The notes under the pieces were generated by a model. It was not told the DNA's origin, did not search any database, and saw nothing but the letters and a program-made list of their open reading frames with translations. Below are positions 13,838 through 29,001 of a DNA stretch of 64,000 nt, one piece after another; position 1 is the stretch's first letter; every line of letters starts with the position of its first letter. The translations under genes and the position numbers were made by a program. Source of the stretch: Eledone cirrhosa. Lineage: Eukaryota. The stretch spans positions 13,144,001 to 13,208,000 of the forward strand of contig OZ024747.1 of NCBI GenBank assembly GCA_964016885.1, given 5' to 3'.

Positions 13838-14465
13838 GAAAGTTGACATTTGTGAATGGTCACAGTGGAAGTTGATGTTTGTAAAAGGACAGTGGGAGTT
13901 ATATGTAAAGAGACGATGGAAGTTGACATATGTAAAGAGATGGTGTATGTTGACATATGTAAAGAGATGGTGGATGTTGACATATGTAAAGAGATGGTGG
14001 ATGTTGACATATGTAAAGAGATGGTGGATGTTGTCATATGTAAAGGGAGAGTGGATGTTGACATATATAGAGACAGTGGATGTTGACATGTAAAGAGACA
14101 GTGGATGTTGACATGTAAAGAGACAGTGGATGTTGACATATGTAGAGAGATGGTGGATGTTGACATATGTAGAGAGATGGTGGATGTTGACATATGTAGA
14201 GAGATGGATGTTGACATATGTAAAGGGAGAGTGGATGTTGATATATATAGACAGTGGATGTTGACATGTAAAGAACCAGTGGATGTTGACATAAATAAAG
14301 AGATGGTGGATGTTGACATAAGTAAAGGGAGAGTGGATGTGGACATATATAAAGAGACAGTGGATGTTGACATATGTAAAGGGAGAGTGGATGTTGACAT
14401 ATGTAAAGGGAGAGTGGATGTTGACATTTGTAGAGAGACAGTGGATGTTGACATATATAAAGAGA
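13838..14465. repeat. Intronic minisatellite, about 27-bp unit GTGGATGTTGACATATGTAAAGAGATG
   Basis: More than 20 degenerate units; they account for the spurious ORFs here. Confidence 0.92.
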
Positions 14466-15755
14466 TATTCACAAGTTAGTACTTGTGGGGCAATGAATAC
14501 TGGCACATCCAAGAGTGCAACAAAGATCGGCAAATTTAAAGATGTGACTTGCAGAAAACCTATTAAAAATGTGAAACAACAATGACAAATTGCTAAAAAT
14601 TTAACTCTAAAGCTTAAGATTTCCAAGTCTTTATTCATAACTGATGCAGCATTGTGTAGTATTTAATAGTAAAGCTCTAAAAATGTGCACTTGCTGCACT
14701 TGTGTATGAGAGAATGACGTGAATATGCTGAATTAAGTAGAAACCAATACGTAGTTTGGTTATCTACGTTGCTGAAACCAAATTTTCTGATGTGGGCGTA
14801 GGAGAAAATATTGATTTCTTACATTGGCAGAATGCTAGAAATTTGTAAAGGAGAGGACCATAGTTAATTGAATGGGCCCAAACACATGCCTTGAAAAGTA
14901 TTTATTGATTATGAAAGAATAATTGGTGAAGTGAAAGCAGAGTAAGATTTGAACTCATAATGCATAGGAATAAAACTAAATGTTTTAGGTCCTATGATAT
15001 TTCTACTATTCCATGACTCTTTCAATAGAGAAATATATTAGAAATAAAATTATTTAAAATTGCTTAATGTATGTTATAGATTAGACATAAATCTATTGAT
15101 AAAATATTTATTAAGCATGATTGGTGTTGTGTTTCAGTTTTGACTCTGGGGTATTTATTCAGGTCAAAGTCTTACTTCTCTTAACCATTCTCTGATCACA
15201 TTTCTAATAAGAATATACTGCTTTTGTGTTTTAATTATCATACTAATCACGAATTATGAGAGGTAAAGTGAAATAACTTACTTTCAATTTAGTAACATAA
15301 GACACATTTTTAACTACTGAAATTGGATATTATCTGTCATGCAATAATTCTTTCTAACATTGCCAGAAATTTGGGAGAAGGGGAAAATCAATTATATCAG
15401 CCCCAGTACAAGAGTTTGTGGAAAAGTTCATAGGCTGACTAAGATACTCTCATGGAATGATCTAATAAGGTTTATTTCTCAAAATTGTCCCCGGAAAGAA
15501 ACAATGCAGTTATCAATAAGAAGAGTTGAAATTAATGCAAGCAAGATTTCACAACCTTAGTATCATCCCTTCTTAATCAGCCCTCCCTCATGCTTAACTG
15601 GTAATTTATTTTACCAACCTTGGAAGGATGAAAGGCAAAGTTGACCTTAGTACAATTTGAACTTGTAGCTTAAAGAACCATTACTAAATGCAGCAAAGTA
15701 TTTAGTCTGGCACTCTAACAATTTTGTCAATCCAACGCCATTTCAAATCAATAAT

Positions 15756-15939
15756 TGTTTCTACTATTGGCACAAGGCCAGAAATTACCCAGTACATTAC
15801 TGGTACTTTATTTTATCGACCCCGTAAGGATGAAAGGCAAAGTTAACTTCGGCGGGATTTGAACTCAGAATAGCAAGGGCCGTAACTCTATGCATCAAAG
15901 CATGGCGTCCGACCCTCTACCGATACTGCCAATCCACCA
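15756..15939 (-). mobile_element. Same SINE family, 18-bp TSD, inserted beside an older copy (about 15590-15740)
   Basis: Reverse complement of the 12054 element. TSD CCATTTCAAATCAATAAT at 15738-15755 and 15940-15957. Confidence 0.9.
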
Positions 15940-16400
15940 CCATTTCAAATCAATAATGAAAGACAAATATTTATCAAATAAAACTTAATATCATCTGTCA
16001 TGTAATAATAAGATGTCACTTCAAGATTTGAATTTAAATTTAAACATTTTAATAGAGGTAAATTTAAAGGGTTAAGCCAAAACTTAAAAGTATGCAAAAG
16101 CTGATAAATAACATTTATATATCTTCCATAAATTCACATCTAAGTTAATGGTTTTCAGCTTTTCTGCATTTACTTTTTAATACTAGTGTGCTTTGAATGA
16201 TTTTTTGAAAATCTGGGTATTTGTTTATGTATTATTGGGATTTTCACTTTTTATTTTTACAATTGACTATTCTTGTGTAAAGTTTCAATAGAATCTCTTA
16301 CAGCCAGGAGATTCCTGGCAAACAGTATTGTGCTCACCTGTTCCATAGTAATTCACAACAGTAACTTCACAGTAATTTGGAGTTTAACAAATATTAGTAA

Positions 16401-16494
16401 TACAGGATGTCCCCCAAAAATGTATACACACTTTGATTACCTGTACAGACAATATTTATTAGAATGGTATATACATTTTTTGGGACACTCTGTA
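16401..16494. mobile_element. Very short Tc1/mariner-type MITE
   Basis: TIRs TACAGGATGTCCCCCAAAAATGTATA / TATACATTTTTTGGGACACTCTGTA with TA at both ends. Confidence 0.75.
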
Positions 16495-18828
16495 TTTATA
16501 AATACTGTATTTATTTGTGTATAATATGAGTACCCTTCATTATGGACAATGAAACCCCAGAAAACTTGTGTATTACAGGCACTAACTTTTCTTTAGTATT
16601 ATGATGTATGGAAAAGGAATGTTTAGTCAGACCCATTAAAAGTTGCTGTATAGAAGACATTGAAAAAGTTCACATATTCTAAAAAAGTAATATTAAAGCG
16701 ATCATTAAACTTTACCAGTGTAGGCTGTAAAAGTTCACCTGCTGTACACTCAACATTGTAGAAACCACACAATCATGGTTTTTTTTTTACTATAAAATCA
16801 ATTTGATTTTCATAATGACAGCATGTTTAGATAACTGTATACTAAATTTTACAATTCAGTTTGTACATGTTGCCAAAGGAGAATGAAGTATTTATCATTT
16901 AAGTATGGATTTTTTAAAACCCTTTAATTATTTTTACTATGTATTTTTTATTTTTTTTTTATTTCCAAGTTTTGAATATTCGACATTTAAGATATGGCAA
17001 AAAAATGTCTTAACTAAAAGTAATGTTTTTCTTTAAATCATCATAATAAAGTATAATAGTATTTGAATTTCTGTGTTTCAAATGTAATTTTATAGGGCAA
17101 ATTGTATTGCACCAAGCAGATGGTATCTATTTATAGTATAAATTTGTCTAGATAAAATTTAAAAAATAGTGTCTTATGGTTAACAATATAAATTTTATTT
17201 TCATATTACTTCATATAAACACTTACGTGTAAGCTTTGATGTGTTTATTTGGGCATTAATCAATATGAAGACTGGGTGGGGCATGATTATGAAATATGGC
17301 CATTTAATATACTGTATGTACTCATATATAAGTTGCACCACCTTTGTATTTATAATATTTTGACTTCAGCCTTTGATCTGTATATAGGCATGTTGCTTTT
17401 CATGAATGCTTTTTATAGCTTTACTTGTGATTGTATTTAAATAATAAACACATTTAGCTGAAATAATCCCAGTTACTGTCTAGCAAAGTCCCAGAGTCAT
17501 AGATACCATAGCAATGAGTTTCTATGATTTATGGCCATAACAAACAGACCATCTAGTACTTTTACTTTGTCACACTTGATTGAATATCCTATATATGCTG
17601 CATCTTACAGCCAGCAGATAGAGAACTGCTTATATGTGTTTTCTACATGTGGAATAAGGCATGATATTGTGTGAGAATAGCATATACATTTACAATGTGA
17701 TTTTAATCAATTTTATTCAAATCGTATTTATAATATTCACAAAATGATTCCATGTGGTTAATATAGCTATTAATTTACTGGTGTAATTCTTGCCTATTTC
17801 TGTTCACATATGTCTCATACACCATCCAGTTGAAACACAGAACTTTTGAGTGATATCATATTTATTTGTATCCATGGAGAACATACAGCTGTCCATGGAT
17901 ATATGATAGTTTACAATTATCCATGGATATTTGTAAACTATCTATTACCTCTTGTTCTAATAATAATAGCCATGTTAGTGACAGGTCGATTTGTGTGTAA
18001 TTTTCATGTCCAATTCTATGAATCTTTCTCCAATTCAGGAATACAGTTTAACATGTTTTTGTTTTTAGCATCTATCAGAAATATAAGTTTTTTTCAACAC
18101 TTTTGCCAACAAATCTGTGTATATACAAGTGAAAGGTTTACACAAAAACAAATGTTATAACATGTACATCATTATAGCTAAATCAAGTTCTCCATAAGTA
18201 GCTGTGTTTGTTTTTTTGTGCATGACATGATCAACCTGTATTTTGTTTACAGTGCCAATATTCATATATATTGTGTAGGGATATGATCAACCTGTCTTAC
18301 ATACTCAATTATTTGCTGCTGCATACACGTGCATGTACACATGTGCAGTGAATTTCAAGTCCAGAGCAAGGTTTCGTTGATAAGTCACAGGTTGTTTTCT
18401 GCAATTTATCTATGAGTATATATGGTATTATCACTATCATAGAAAGATATGTTGTTGCTGTAAGGATTTAAACTCTTCATTACACACCAGTTAGCTTGAA
18501 CAATAGATAACACTTGCATTCATCATACTATTCCAAATATATCCATACTGTTTGATGGAGGAAAATGGGTAACATTTAGTTCTTGTGTATAAGGTGCACA
18601 TCTTATTTTAGAGTTTAAAAACTGGGGAAAACTGCATATAATACACAAATAAATATAGTAAATATTTACATATATTCAAAAGAACAAGTTACTTACTCAT
18701 CTAATTAATTATTTAATTTATTCTACTTATTTCTGTTGGCTGTTATTGTTCAGTAGCAATTGTCAGCTTTAACTGATGATGACTGTTGTTTAGGATTCAT
18801 TTCACCTTTTTATTTTTTCTGTATTTAG

Positions 18829-19025
18829 GGAAGAAAGAAAAGCATGCATCTCAAGTGAGCAATGAGGATGCCAGGTCTGAAATCAGCAATCACAGTTACA
18901 TGTATGACCATCAAAGTGACAGCAGTTCAGTTCTCACCACACCAGACCACCGAACTAATGGAAGCAAACGTAGAAGAGATGGAGATGCATCTTTACCATC
19001 GATCACAATATCAGAAGCTGAAGGG
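18829..19025 (+). CDS. SYTL4: Synaptotagmin-like protein linker exon (KKEKHASQVSNEDARSEIS...PSITISEAEG)
   Basis: Acceptor ttttttctgtatttag, phase 1 start; donor GTGAGT at 19026, phase 0; Ser-rich open frame. Confidence 0.8.
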
Positions 19026-20709
19026 GTGAGTGTTTGCCTTAAATGGTTTCACATATGTAAGATATCAGGGTTGGGCAAGACATTGTGATGCCTGGAAGAG
19101 GAGGTTGATAATAAAATATGTCATGAAGATAAGATGACATAGAAAGGACTGATATACAGGAACAATGAAAAGAGATTTGATCATAAATCTACTCAGTCAG
19201 GGATGACTTGGAACTAAACAATAGCAACTTTCTGGGCATTATTGAGTTATTTTATGTTTTGTCTTAGTTCTGTTGCTTGGCTGAGAAAGAGAGAAGTGGG
19301 ATCTACCCCTTTTTACTGACTCTTTATTAATCCTTTTTCAGTCATGAAAGTGAGTGAGTGAAAGTGAGAGAGAGTGTGTGTGTGTGTGTGTGGGGGGGGG
19401 GGGGTGATCTACCCATCCATCACAGTATATGACTGGTACTTTATCTATCAATCCTGAAAGACAAAGTTGGTTTTGGCAATATTTGAACTGTAAAGAATCT
19501 GAGTAAATACTGCAAGGTATTCTATTCCATAGCATTGAGAATTTTGTTAGAAACAGCTAACTTTTACTACAACAACTTGACAGGGAGACAATAAATCAAC
19601 TTTATACAGTGACTTGATATTCTAGAGATAACAGTCCCAAATCTTCTTCACATTACAACCTGTGGATCATGGAAAAGATAAGTATATCTAGGATTACATT
19701 ATATAATGTAATCTTAGACACCACTGAAAACACAGGATGATCATGGCTGGAATGTATTTGATCATAGGTTTGGTTATTCTGTACTGACCTGAGGTTAAAC
19801 AACATTACTAACACAAATTGAGGTCAATTGTATCTTCCAATGAACACTGTAAATACAATGGATTCTCTAAACAACCTTATATGCACAACACAACTGATTT
19901 GTATAACATAAACACAACTAACTCATCACTTTTTTGAATTTTTCATTATAATATTTCTAATGGAAATATAATATTATAAATATTCTAATGTTTGTGGTTT
20001 TTATTTGATTTTGACAATAACCTAGAATTTTGAGCGATTTACAAAAATAACTTTTTAAATTTTGAGTTTGTGTTTGAAACTTAACAAATTTTCTTACATA
20101 AAATTACAAAATAACACTTCAAAAGTTTATATAATAAAACCAGGGGGGCAGGGTTTGTGTGTGATTTTGGTAACGGGTTTAAATAACATTCTCAGTCTGG
20201 GTCACAATTCAGCCATATCTGATGACGGGTCACGTTCGTGTGTGAGCATATGTGAAAGTAAATGTGTGTGGGTGTATATATGACTGAATTGTGTGCTGTG
20301 TAGGAGTTAATGTGTCTGTGTGTATATGAGTTGATTTATGAGTCAACAATGGAGTGTGTGCATGCACAAATGTTCGTGTGTGTATGAATGAATATTTGTG
20401 TGAGAGAAAGCAAGTGAATGTGTGTGTGAGTGAGTGAGATAACAAATTACCTGGATATGAAGCACACATTTCAGAAGTTATGTCCCTTGATTTAAAATGA
20501 GATATATTTAACTTGATGTTTTCTTTCAGAATTATGAGTTAAACTGTAAACAGTCTTTGAAATTGTATATTACTAAGTGTAACTGAGACTGTAAGATGGT
20601 TGAAGAGACATGTAAATATTTCAAGTAAATGTATCTCACTAGTTAGTAGTAGAGGTAAGAAACTGGTAGACATGTTTCTTTATTGTGGAATTTTTCTTTC
20701 TGGCCTCAG

Positions 20710-20826
20710 TTAGCGTCAACTCATGGCGAAAGTGATGGGGAAAACCACGATTTTCTTATGAAAGGCAGCCAATCTATACGCAGTGGACAGAGCATGTCTT
20801 CCAGTCTTGGCTTGACATCATCAATG
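20710..20826 (+). CDS. SYTL4: Synaptotagmin-like protein linker exon (LASTHGESDGENHDF...GLTSSM)
   Basis: Acceptor ttttctttctggcctcag; donor GTAAGA at 20827; phase 0-0, 117 nt. Confidence 0.75.
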
Positions 20827-21651
20827 GTAAGAGAAATGGTTGATCTCCCTCCTTTACTCCCGAAGCACGAATAAGTCTCCACATGAGCTGATTGGCTACA
20901 GTGACATACAAACTAAACAAAAAACAAATAATAATAATAAAAAAAAACCTTTCTGGAGAAGAGAAAGATGGCTTTTTCCTGATTTTCTCTAAATCTTTTG
21001 CTTACCCCTGTTTACTCACATCATCTTCAGTCTATACTCACCTTTTAGTAAAAAGTAATCTTGTTTGTTCACACCACCACTTGTGTACAGTCACCTTTCG
21101 GTAAAAAAATTCCCGTTTGCTCACATCATCTTCAGTGTATAGTCACCTTCCTTTCAGTAACAAAATAATCTTGTCTGCTCACACCACCTTCAGTCTACAT
21201 GTAGTCACTTCTGGGTAAATAATCTCTGCTGCACAGGTTTAAGGATTTCAATTTTCCTTGACACTCGAACCAAATAACCTCGGACCCTCTATCTTTTTTC
21301 TCCCTTAACTTTGCACTTGGTTCACTTACGTTTTGCAATGAGTTTGTCTTATATATGTAACCTGCTTTCACCATTTGCTGTTTCTGAAAGAAGCAACAAA
21401 ATGCAACTAACATGAAATTGCTGAATGTTTCATTTATTCCTTTGGCTTTCTTCCTCTCTTCATTTCCTCTTCATGCATTCTGCTAATTTCCATCCAGGTA
21501 GGTATCTTACTCTATTCTTTATCAACGTATCAGTTGTAAACCATTATTTGGTGTCTTCTCTCTCTACTGCCATCACTCCTCCTACTTCATTTTTTCTACA
21601 CAGTATAAGAAGATCTGTATCTTTCTTTCTAACTGTATCATCTTATTTCAG

Positions 21652-21836
21652 GGAAGCCGTGACAGTCTAAGCAGTTATTACAGCAATGCCGGTGAATTTA
21701 GCTATGGTAAGATTCATGTGACTGGTGACATTCAGTTTGGTTTGGACTATGACTATAAGACAAGTTGCCTTGAAATTCGTGTCAAGCAGTGTCGTAATTT
21801 AGCTCCTGCTGATGTCAAAAAGAACAAATCTGATCC
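21652..21836 (+). CDS. SYTL4: Start of C2A domain (GSRDSLSSYYSNAGEFSYGKIHVTGDIQFGLDYDYKTSCLEIRVKQCRNLAPADVKKNKSDP)
   Basis: Acceptor tcttatttcag; donor GTAAGA at 21837, phase 2. Typical Slp pre-C2A and C2A sequence. Not present in the ORF track. Confidence 0.93.
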
Positions 21837-22151
21837 GTAAGAAATATTTATATATTTATTTACTTTGAAGTAAAACTCTAAACTATTATTTTCTTTGGCT
21901 TGTATTTATTTCATTAATATATATATATATAAATTAGAATTTTATTTCTTGCTCTAGCACAGCTTATACATACGTGTGCATACTATATATATATATATAT
22001 ATTCATGTTTCTTCATGTGGAATTGATAAAATATTGTGAAGAAGTATTTTGTTGAACTTAAAATAAGTGAGAGTAATTTAACCTTGGAGGTTTATTCTTC
22101 AGATTTTCATTATCTCAGAAATTATATACATATCAAAACCTATTACCATTT

Positions 22152-22343
22152 TACGAGGGTTGGTTAAAAAGTTCATAGGCTGACCAAAATACTCTCATGG
22201 AATAACCAAATGAGGTTTATTTTTCAACATAGTCTCTGGAAAGAAACAATGTAGTTATTAAAAAGAATAGTTGAAATGAATGCACAAAATTAATGCATTA
22301 TTCCTTCATAGTCAGCCTATGAACTTTTCAGCTGACCCTCATA
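22152..22343. mobile_element. Mariner-like MITE (related, more decayed copy at about 15407-15590)
   Basis: TIRs TACGAGGGTTGGTTAAAAAGTTCATAGGCTGAC / GTCAGCCTATGAACTTTTCAGCTGACCCTCATA; TA ends. Confidence 0.8.
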
Positions 22344-23339
22344 TGTTAAAATAAGCTTTGTGACTCAATTAATTGAAGTTTCTGATAATTTGTTACTTAT
22401 TTGGGAATTATTTTGAGATAATGAAATAAGTATCTGAGTCTTGTCCTATAGTTCATTCTCAACTTTATTCTCGCATGGTAACAAATTATGAACAGTTGCC
22501 AAAATATATAACCATGTATAGAATTTTTCTTTTCTTTAACCTATTTCATCATAGTTTAAGACATCATTTAGTGGGATAGAGTTATGATATACATTTCATG
22601 CTAATTTTAATAATCTTATTTGCTCACATCACTTTCTGTCTATACCCAGCTTTTAATATATTATAATCTTCTTTGCTCTCATGACTATCAGTCTATAGTC
22701 ACTTTTTAGCAATGTGGAATAAAATAAGTTATTAGAAAATGTCTACAGTAATAAGGCGATGAATTGGCAGAATCATTAGAATGTCAGATAGAATTTTTTT
22801 TTTTACGTCCGCTTTTCCTTGCTTGCAAGGGTGGGACGAGAACTGATTCTGGCTTGATTTCTACAGCTGGATGCCCTTCCTAACACCAACCTCATTTACA
22901 GTGAGTGCTGGGTGCCTTTTTTTGCCGTGGCACCTCCACGACCACTTTGCAGTGGAATGATATGGACCCCAGTCCCTATCATCTCATTTCTACAGCTGAG
23001 TAAACTGGAGCAATGTGAAATAAAGTGTCTTGCTCAAGGAAACAACACATCACCCGGTCTGAGAATTGAACTCACAACCCTTCGATTGCTTTGTGGTATT
23101 TGTTCCAGCTTTCTGCACTCTGATTTCAAATCCCTCTGAGGTCAAACTTTGCTTTTCATCCTTTCAAGGTCAATAAAAAAGTACCAGTCAAGTACTGGGG
23201 TCAATTCTTCCTCTATATCTCTTTCTCACTTCCTATCTCTCTCTCTCTCTCCCTCCCTCCCGAATAAATCAGCTGCATTCAGACATGGAGAGGGGATAGG
23301 CTCTGCTAGGTTTCAAATGCTACACCCCTACAACTCTAT

Positions 23340-23530
23340 CAGGCCAACAATTTGAGGGGAGGGGAAAGTCAATCAAATGCATTACTGGTGCTTTATTTTG
23401 TTGGCCCCATAAGGATGAGAAGCAAAGCTAACCTTGGCAAGATTTGAACTCAGAACGTAAACGGCCATAACTCTATGCTGCAAAGCATGTTGTCTAACGT
23501 TCTACAGATACTGCCAATCCATCACCCTAC
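23340..23530 (-). mobile_element. tRNA-derived SINE copy within a nest of SINE and RTE 3' fragments (22750-23530)
   Basis: Matches the reverse complement of the 12054 family. Confidence 0.75.
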
Positions 23531-23629
23531 ATACTGCAGTAATAATTCTGTCTAAAAAGCCGGAGTGATATTTAATTTTCATGACATTTTTGTCTCAAGC
23601 CCCTAGAGTTTCAATTATAACCATTTGCC

Positions 23630-23834
23630 TTAACCCTTTAGCATTTACGTTATTCTATATATTCATATTAAAAGCTTTATCTCACATAATATCGAATCTA
23701 TGAAATTTTGATATTATTTATTTTGAGAACATTACCTTAACATCAGTATGATTGTGGTGGTTACAGCTGGTTTGAACAGAAAGAGGTGAGAGAATTTTGG
23801 CTGAATACAGCCAATTTAAATGCTAAAGGGTTAA
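23630..23834. mobile_element. piggyBac-like MITE
   Basis: TTAA-CCCTTTAGCATTT ... AAATGCTAAAGGG-TTAA; second copy at 31078. Confidence 0.85.
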
Positions 23835-23952
23835 ATGTAAATTAACATATTCTAGATACATAGATAGATGTACTGATAATAGAAAACTTTGGATGTGTTC
23901 TATTTTGTTTGATTTAGAAATTGAAAACTCTCGTAAAATTATTACTTAATAA

Positions 23953-24147
<195 letters not shown>

Positions 24148-24169
24148 TGATTAATAGTAGTGGTATTAT

Positions 24170-24655
24170 CGCCATAACCACCAAACATCCACCATCACCA
24201 ATCTCAGTACTACTTCTACTACAACTACCAATCTCAGCATTACTGCAACCACCACTATCACCACCACCATCATCATCACCAGCACCACCATCACTATCAC
24301 CATCACTATCACCATCACTATCACCATTATTATCACCACCACCACCACCACCACCACTATCACCAATCTCAGTACTACTTCTACCACAACTACCAATCTC
24401 AGCATTACTGCAACCACCACTATCACCATCACCAGCATCACCACCACTACCAGCATCACCACCACCTCCACCAGCATCAACATCACTATCACCATTACCA
24501 CCATTATCATCACCACCACCAACACTACCATCACCACCACCAACACTACCATCACCACCACCAACACTACTACCACCACTATCACCAAAACTACCACCAC
24601 CAACACTACTACCACCACTACCACCAAAACTACCACCACCACTACCACCACTAAT
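24170..24655. repeat. (CAC/CAT/TAC)n degenerate trinucleotide repeat
   Basis: Direct reading; it produces the poly-Gly/Pro/Val ORFs. Confidence 0.9.
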
Positions 24656-25478
24656 ATAATTACTTCTTCTTTCCTTTAGTATCCTTTGGTCTCCATTCTT
24701 TCTATTGGCCATGTATTCTCTTTCTGTACATTGACTAAAGCCTTTCATGTCTGTTTGCTTTCCCATTTTACTCCCATTTTGTAGTTTTACACACTCTCTC
24801 TCTTTCCATTTGCTATAATCCATCTCCAACTCCATTTACTGCTCCATAACATCATAATCTTTAGCAACGCCTCATATAATCTGTTTTCTGTTATATAAAG
24901 CAAAATTCTTTGTTTCCAACAGAGGTAGCAATTCTCTTCAAAACTGTCCTCACTTTTCTACACACTTTAGCCACTAGACTATACCATCATTAAGAGTTCA
25001 AACAGTGGAATACATTATATATGTAGTTTGGGTCAGAATCCTCCATCAAAGAAATGTTTATTTATGTTGCTGGATAAATAGATTGAGTGCAGTGAGAGTG
25101 AGGAAATATTTATTAGAGCAGTAAAAAAAATCAGGGAGGAACAGAGAGAGGTAACACATGCTACTGTTGAAGGAATAGGAGGAGGGCTTTGGTCAAATTG
25201 AGAGGGATATAAGAGGAATGCTGCAGATTTGAAAAACATTGAAGGGAGTAGGTAATGACAGGAAAACACCCACCATATACATGGGCATGTTTGTACAAAC
25301 ACCCACACACATATACCAGCACAAATAAACATATACATCTAAACATGAGTGCATGCACATATAGACCTCTAGGTTGTTTTCAATGTGTATATGTATGTAG
25401 TTATATAACTGGGTTTGTATTGTCTACATATATGTAGAAAACTGTTCTTAATTATATACATATATATATATATATATA

Positions 25479-26060
<582 letters not shown>

Positions 26061-26080
26061 ATATATATATATATATATAT

Positions 26081-26294
26081 ATAGGAACGAGTAGGACCCC
26101 GACGGCTGAGCTCAAGCCGTTTCGACGGCTAATTCTGGATGCATTATCATCACCGTCCAGAATTAGCCGTCGAAACGGCTTGAGCTCAGCCGTCGGGGTC
26201 CTACTCATTCCTATTACCCACTCTACTACCCTAAGTATTGAGTACTTTGGTGCGTTATGGTCCACCTGGTTCCTTGCCACATTTCCTTCGTTTT
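26081..26294 (+). mobile_element. Hairpin element (59-bp arms) with 3' half of a hammerhead and tail motif, in (TA)n
   Basis: Arms 26081-26139 and 26156-26214 differ at one base. GAAA-CGGCTTGAGCTCAGCCG-TC. Tail ACTCTACT...AGTATTGAGTACT at 26220-26246. Confidence 0.7.
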
Positions 26295-26711
26295 ATATAT
26301 ATATATATATATATATATAATCATCATCATCTTCGTTTAACATCCATCTTCCACGCTAGCATGGGTTAGACATATATATATATATACACACACATACATA
26401 TAAGTATATATAGGTATCTTGAATTGGCAGTCATTAGAACATCGGATAGAATGCTTTTTAGTATTCATTCTGGCTCTCTACTCTCGGAGTTCAAATCGTG
26501 CCGAGGTCAACTTTGCCTTTCATCCTTTAGAGGTTAATAAAAAAAAAGTACCAGTCAAGTACTGAGGTTGATTCTTCCTCTCTCTGGAAGAAATCTACTG
26601 TACTCAGGCCTGGAGAGGGGTGGGCTCCACCAGGTTTGAAATGCCCAAGAAGCGGTGTATATCAATACAGTGCCTCTATGACTCTATCAGGAGTTACAGG
26701 AAAAATGGAGG

Positions 26712-26784
26712 GGTAAGTTGGTGTAATTGGCTAGCACACTTATTGTGGAAATAAAAGGTGTGGGTTCGATTCCCACACATGCCA
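26712..26784 (+). pseudogene. Degenerate tRNA-like sequence (tRNA pseudogene or SINE head)
   Basis: TGGTGTAATTGGCTAGCAC D-arm/A-box and GTGGGTTCGATTCCCAC T-arm; imperfect acceptor stem and non-canonical anticodon loop. Confidence 0.5.
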
Positions 26785-27125
26785 ATGCCCATTTTTCTCT
26801 GTTCTATAGGCTTATAAGTTCTCTTATTATTTGACCATTTTCTCTAGACAAGCCTATTATGAAGTTACTAATTCGATTTTCAAATTCCATGGCTGGCTTC
26901 TAACCATGTGATATTTCAGAATTTTTTTTTGAAAGCTAAATGTGTGTGTGGTGGTAGTGTCTTTGCTAGTTTTAAATTAAAAATATTTTTTGCTACAATT
27001 TATCTTTTACTTCATGAAAGTTTGGACATCTTTCATATTTGAGGAAATAATTATTAAGTACTCTGGTTGTTTGTTATATTTTTAATTATGAAATTGTCTC
27101 TTATTTATTTATCTCTCTTTTTTAG

Positions 27126-27287
27126 TATTATATTGCCAAAAGTGAACTAGAGAATCGGACGTTATGGCTGACAGTATGGCATAATGATCGCTTTGGCAGG
27201 AATGATTTCCTGGGAGAAGTTACCATTCCATTTGATTATTACCGGTTTGAAGGACCTACATTAAAATGGCATCAACTACAGCAAAGA
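27126..27287 (+). CDS. SYTL4: C2A domain end (YYIAKSELENRTLWLTVWHNDRFGRNDFLGEVTIPFDYYRFEGPTLKWHQLQQR)
   Basis: Acceptor ctctcttttttag; donor GTAAGT at 27288; VWHxDRFGRNxFLGEV is characteristic of Slp C2A; 54 codons. Confidence 0.95.
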
Positions 27288-27989
27288 GTAAGTTATTTAC
27301 CTCTCTGGCTATTCAATCAATAAGAGTAAAACTAGGACTGGATTAAACATCAAACAAAATAATCACATGCTTAGAGCATCGAGGGAAGACGAGCAACATT
27401 TTACTCAAGTTAAATGTATTTGTCATTAAAAATAATTTATATACAAGAGAGTGGGGTACTATAATCTTTTATGTACTTAGGATGTCAAAAGGGCTTAATC
27501 TAGCCCTGAGTAAAACTATAGATATACAAAATCATAGATTTATTGAGATAAATAATACAAAACATTACATTCAATGTGTTTCTTTTGGACAAGGGTTCCT
27601 AACCTCAAAATATCATGAAATATAAAGTAAAAATATGTAATGTTATTATAGTTTGTTTTTCTTACTTTACTCTATTCTAGTAATTTACATTGTACTGGAA
27701 TTTGCAAAACAATCATAGCCACAACATATAAATTATGTTTATCAGTGTTAATCTTCAAAAGTTATAGCATAAGTATGTAGAAACATAATTTCATCAGGAG
27801 CTCTCATTGAAATCATTCTGCAAATTAGTTTGTTTCAAAGTAGTGGTATAAAACCTATAAACTTTGCATACCAAAAGTACCAAAGTATTTAAAAGGTTAT
27901 GGTGCCATCCACCCTCATATATAAAGTCTGCAAAAAATATTTTTCTAGACACAGACTGAGATTTGATCAACATCAGTTAGGTCACCCAG

Positions 27990-28382
27990 TAACAACAGGA
28001 GAGAAATGAGGCAAGCATGCTCCATTGGATGTGCAATGTGCGTGAACAACTGAGCATGGATGTGTTGAGAGAGAAACTGGGTATAAGAGGGATAAGTTGT
28101 AGTATGTGGGAGAGGAGACTGCGATGGTATGGACATGTGATGTGCATGGAGAATGACCGATGGGTGAAGAAGTGCCAAGAAATGCCAGTTGAAGGAAGAT
28201 GTAGTAGAGGAAGACCACGAAAAACATGGGCGGAGGTGGTGAGAGCAAACCTCAGATCGCTGAAGCTCACAGTGGAGATGACAAAGGACCGTGACAAGTG
28301 GAGAGATGCTATGCTGAATAGGACCTGTCCCACCCTTGTAAGCAGGGAAAAGCGGACGTAAAATGATGAGATGTATGATGAT
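27990..28382 (+). mobile_element. 5'-truncated RTE-clade LINE (3' end)
   Basis: RRLRWYGHV...VEGRCSRGRPRKTW...DRDKWR C-terminal motif followed by a GATGA-type tail. Confidence 0.9.
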
Positions 28383-29001
28383 CTTAATTTCAGAATTGTA
28401 CTTGGTCTAAGATTGTGTGTTGAAACTGAAATAATTACATTCTGGAAATGTCACGAGAGTAATTTAAAACATATATGTACACCATTAGATTTACTTTCAT
28501 TGTATTGTGTTGAAGTATTAAAGTATAAATGAATGTTAACATACATCTATGACCTGGCTTCTGTGTCAAACAAAAATAACTTTTGGTATTTAAACTGTCT
28601 GGGTTGAACAGATCTCGTCATGCATTTCTTAGTTTCACCATCAGAAATGCAGTGAACCAGTGATTGGTCTGTCTGAAAACTATAACCAACAGTGCTATTG
28701 TTCACAAAATGCATTAAAAAAAGTAATTTAAAATTTACTATTAACTCTTAAAGTCCTGTCCTGTATTGCATGAAACCACATTTGCAATATTCTTGAAAAG
28801 CACAAAACAGTACTATTACTACATCACATAAAAAATTAAAGTTTACAGAAAATGCTTAAAATGGTGTATCCACTAATAAAGATACTATAAACATATGGAT
28901 TACCAAATCTGTTTTTAAATAGTTTCTGCTAAATCATTACAGGATATTAAGTAATCAAGTTTTCTTTAGAGAAGCTGCAGGTACCAATAAAACTAACATT
29001 A

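Noticed and set aside
13763-14638. Overlapping ORFs and CRISPR-like periodicity
   Set aside because: Intronic minisatellite with no unique spacers, no cas genes and eukaryotic context.
26712-26784. Functional tRNA gene
   Set aside because: Mismatched acceptor stem and no U33 in the anticodon loop; kept only as tRNA-like.
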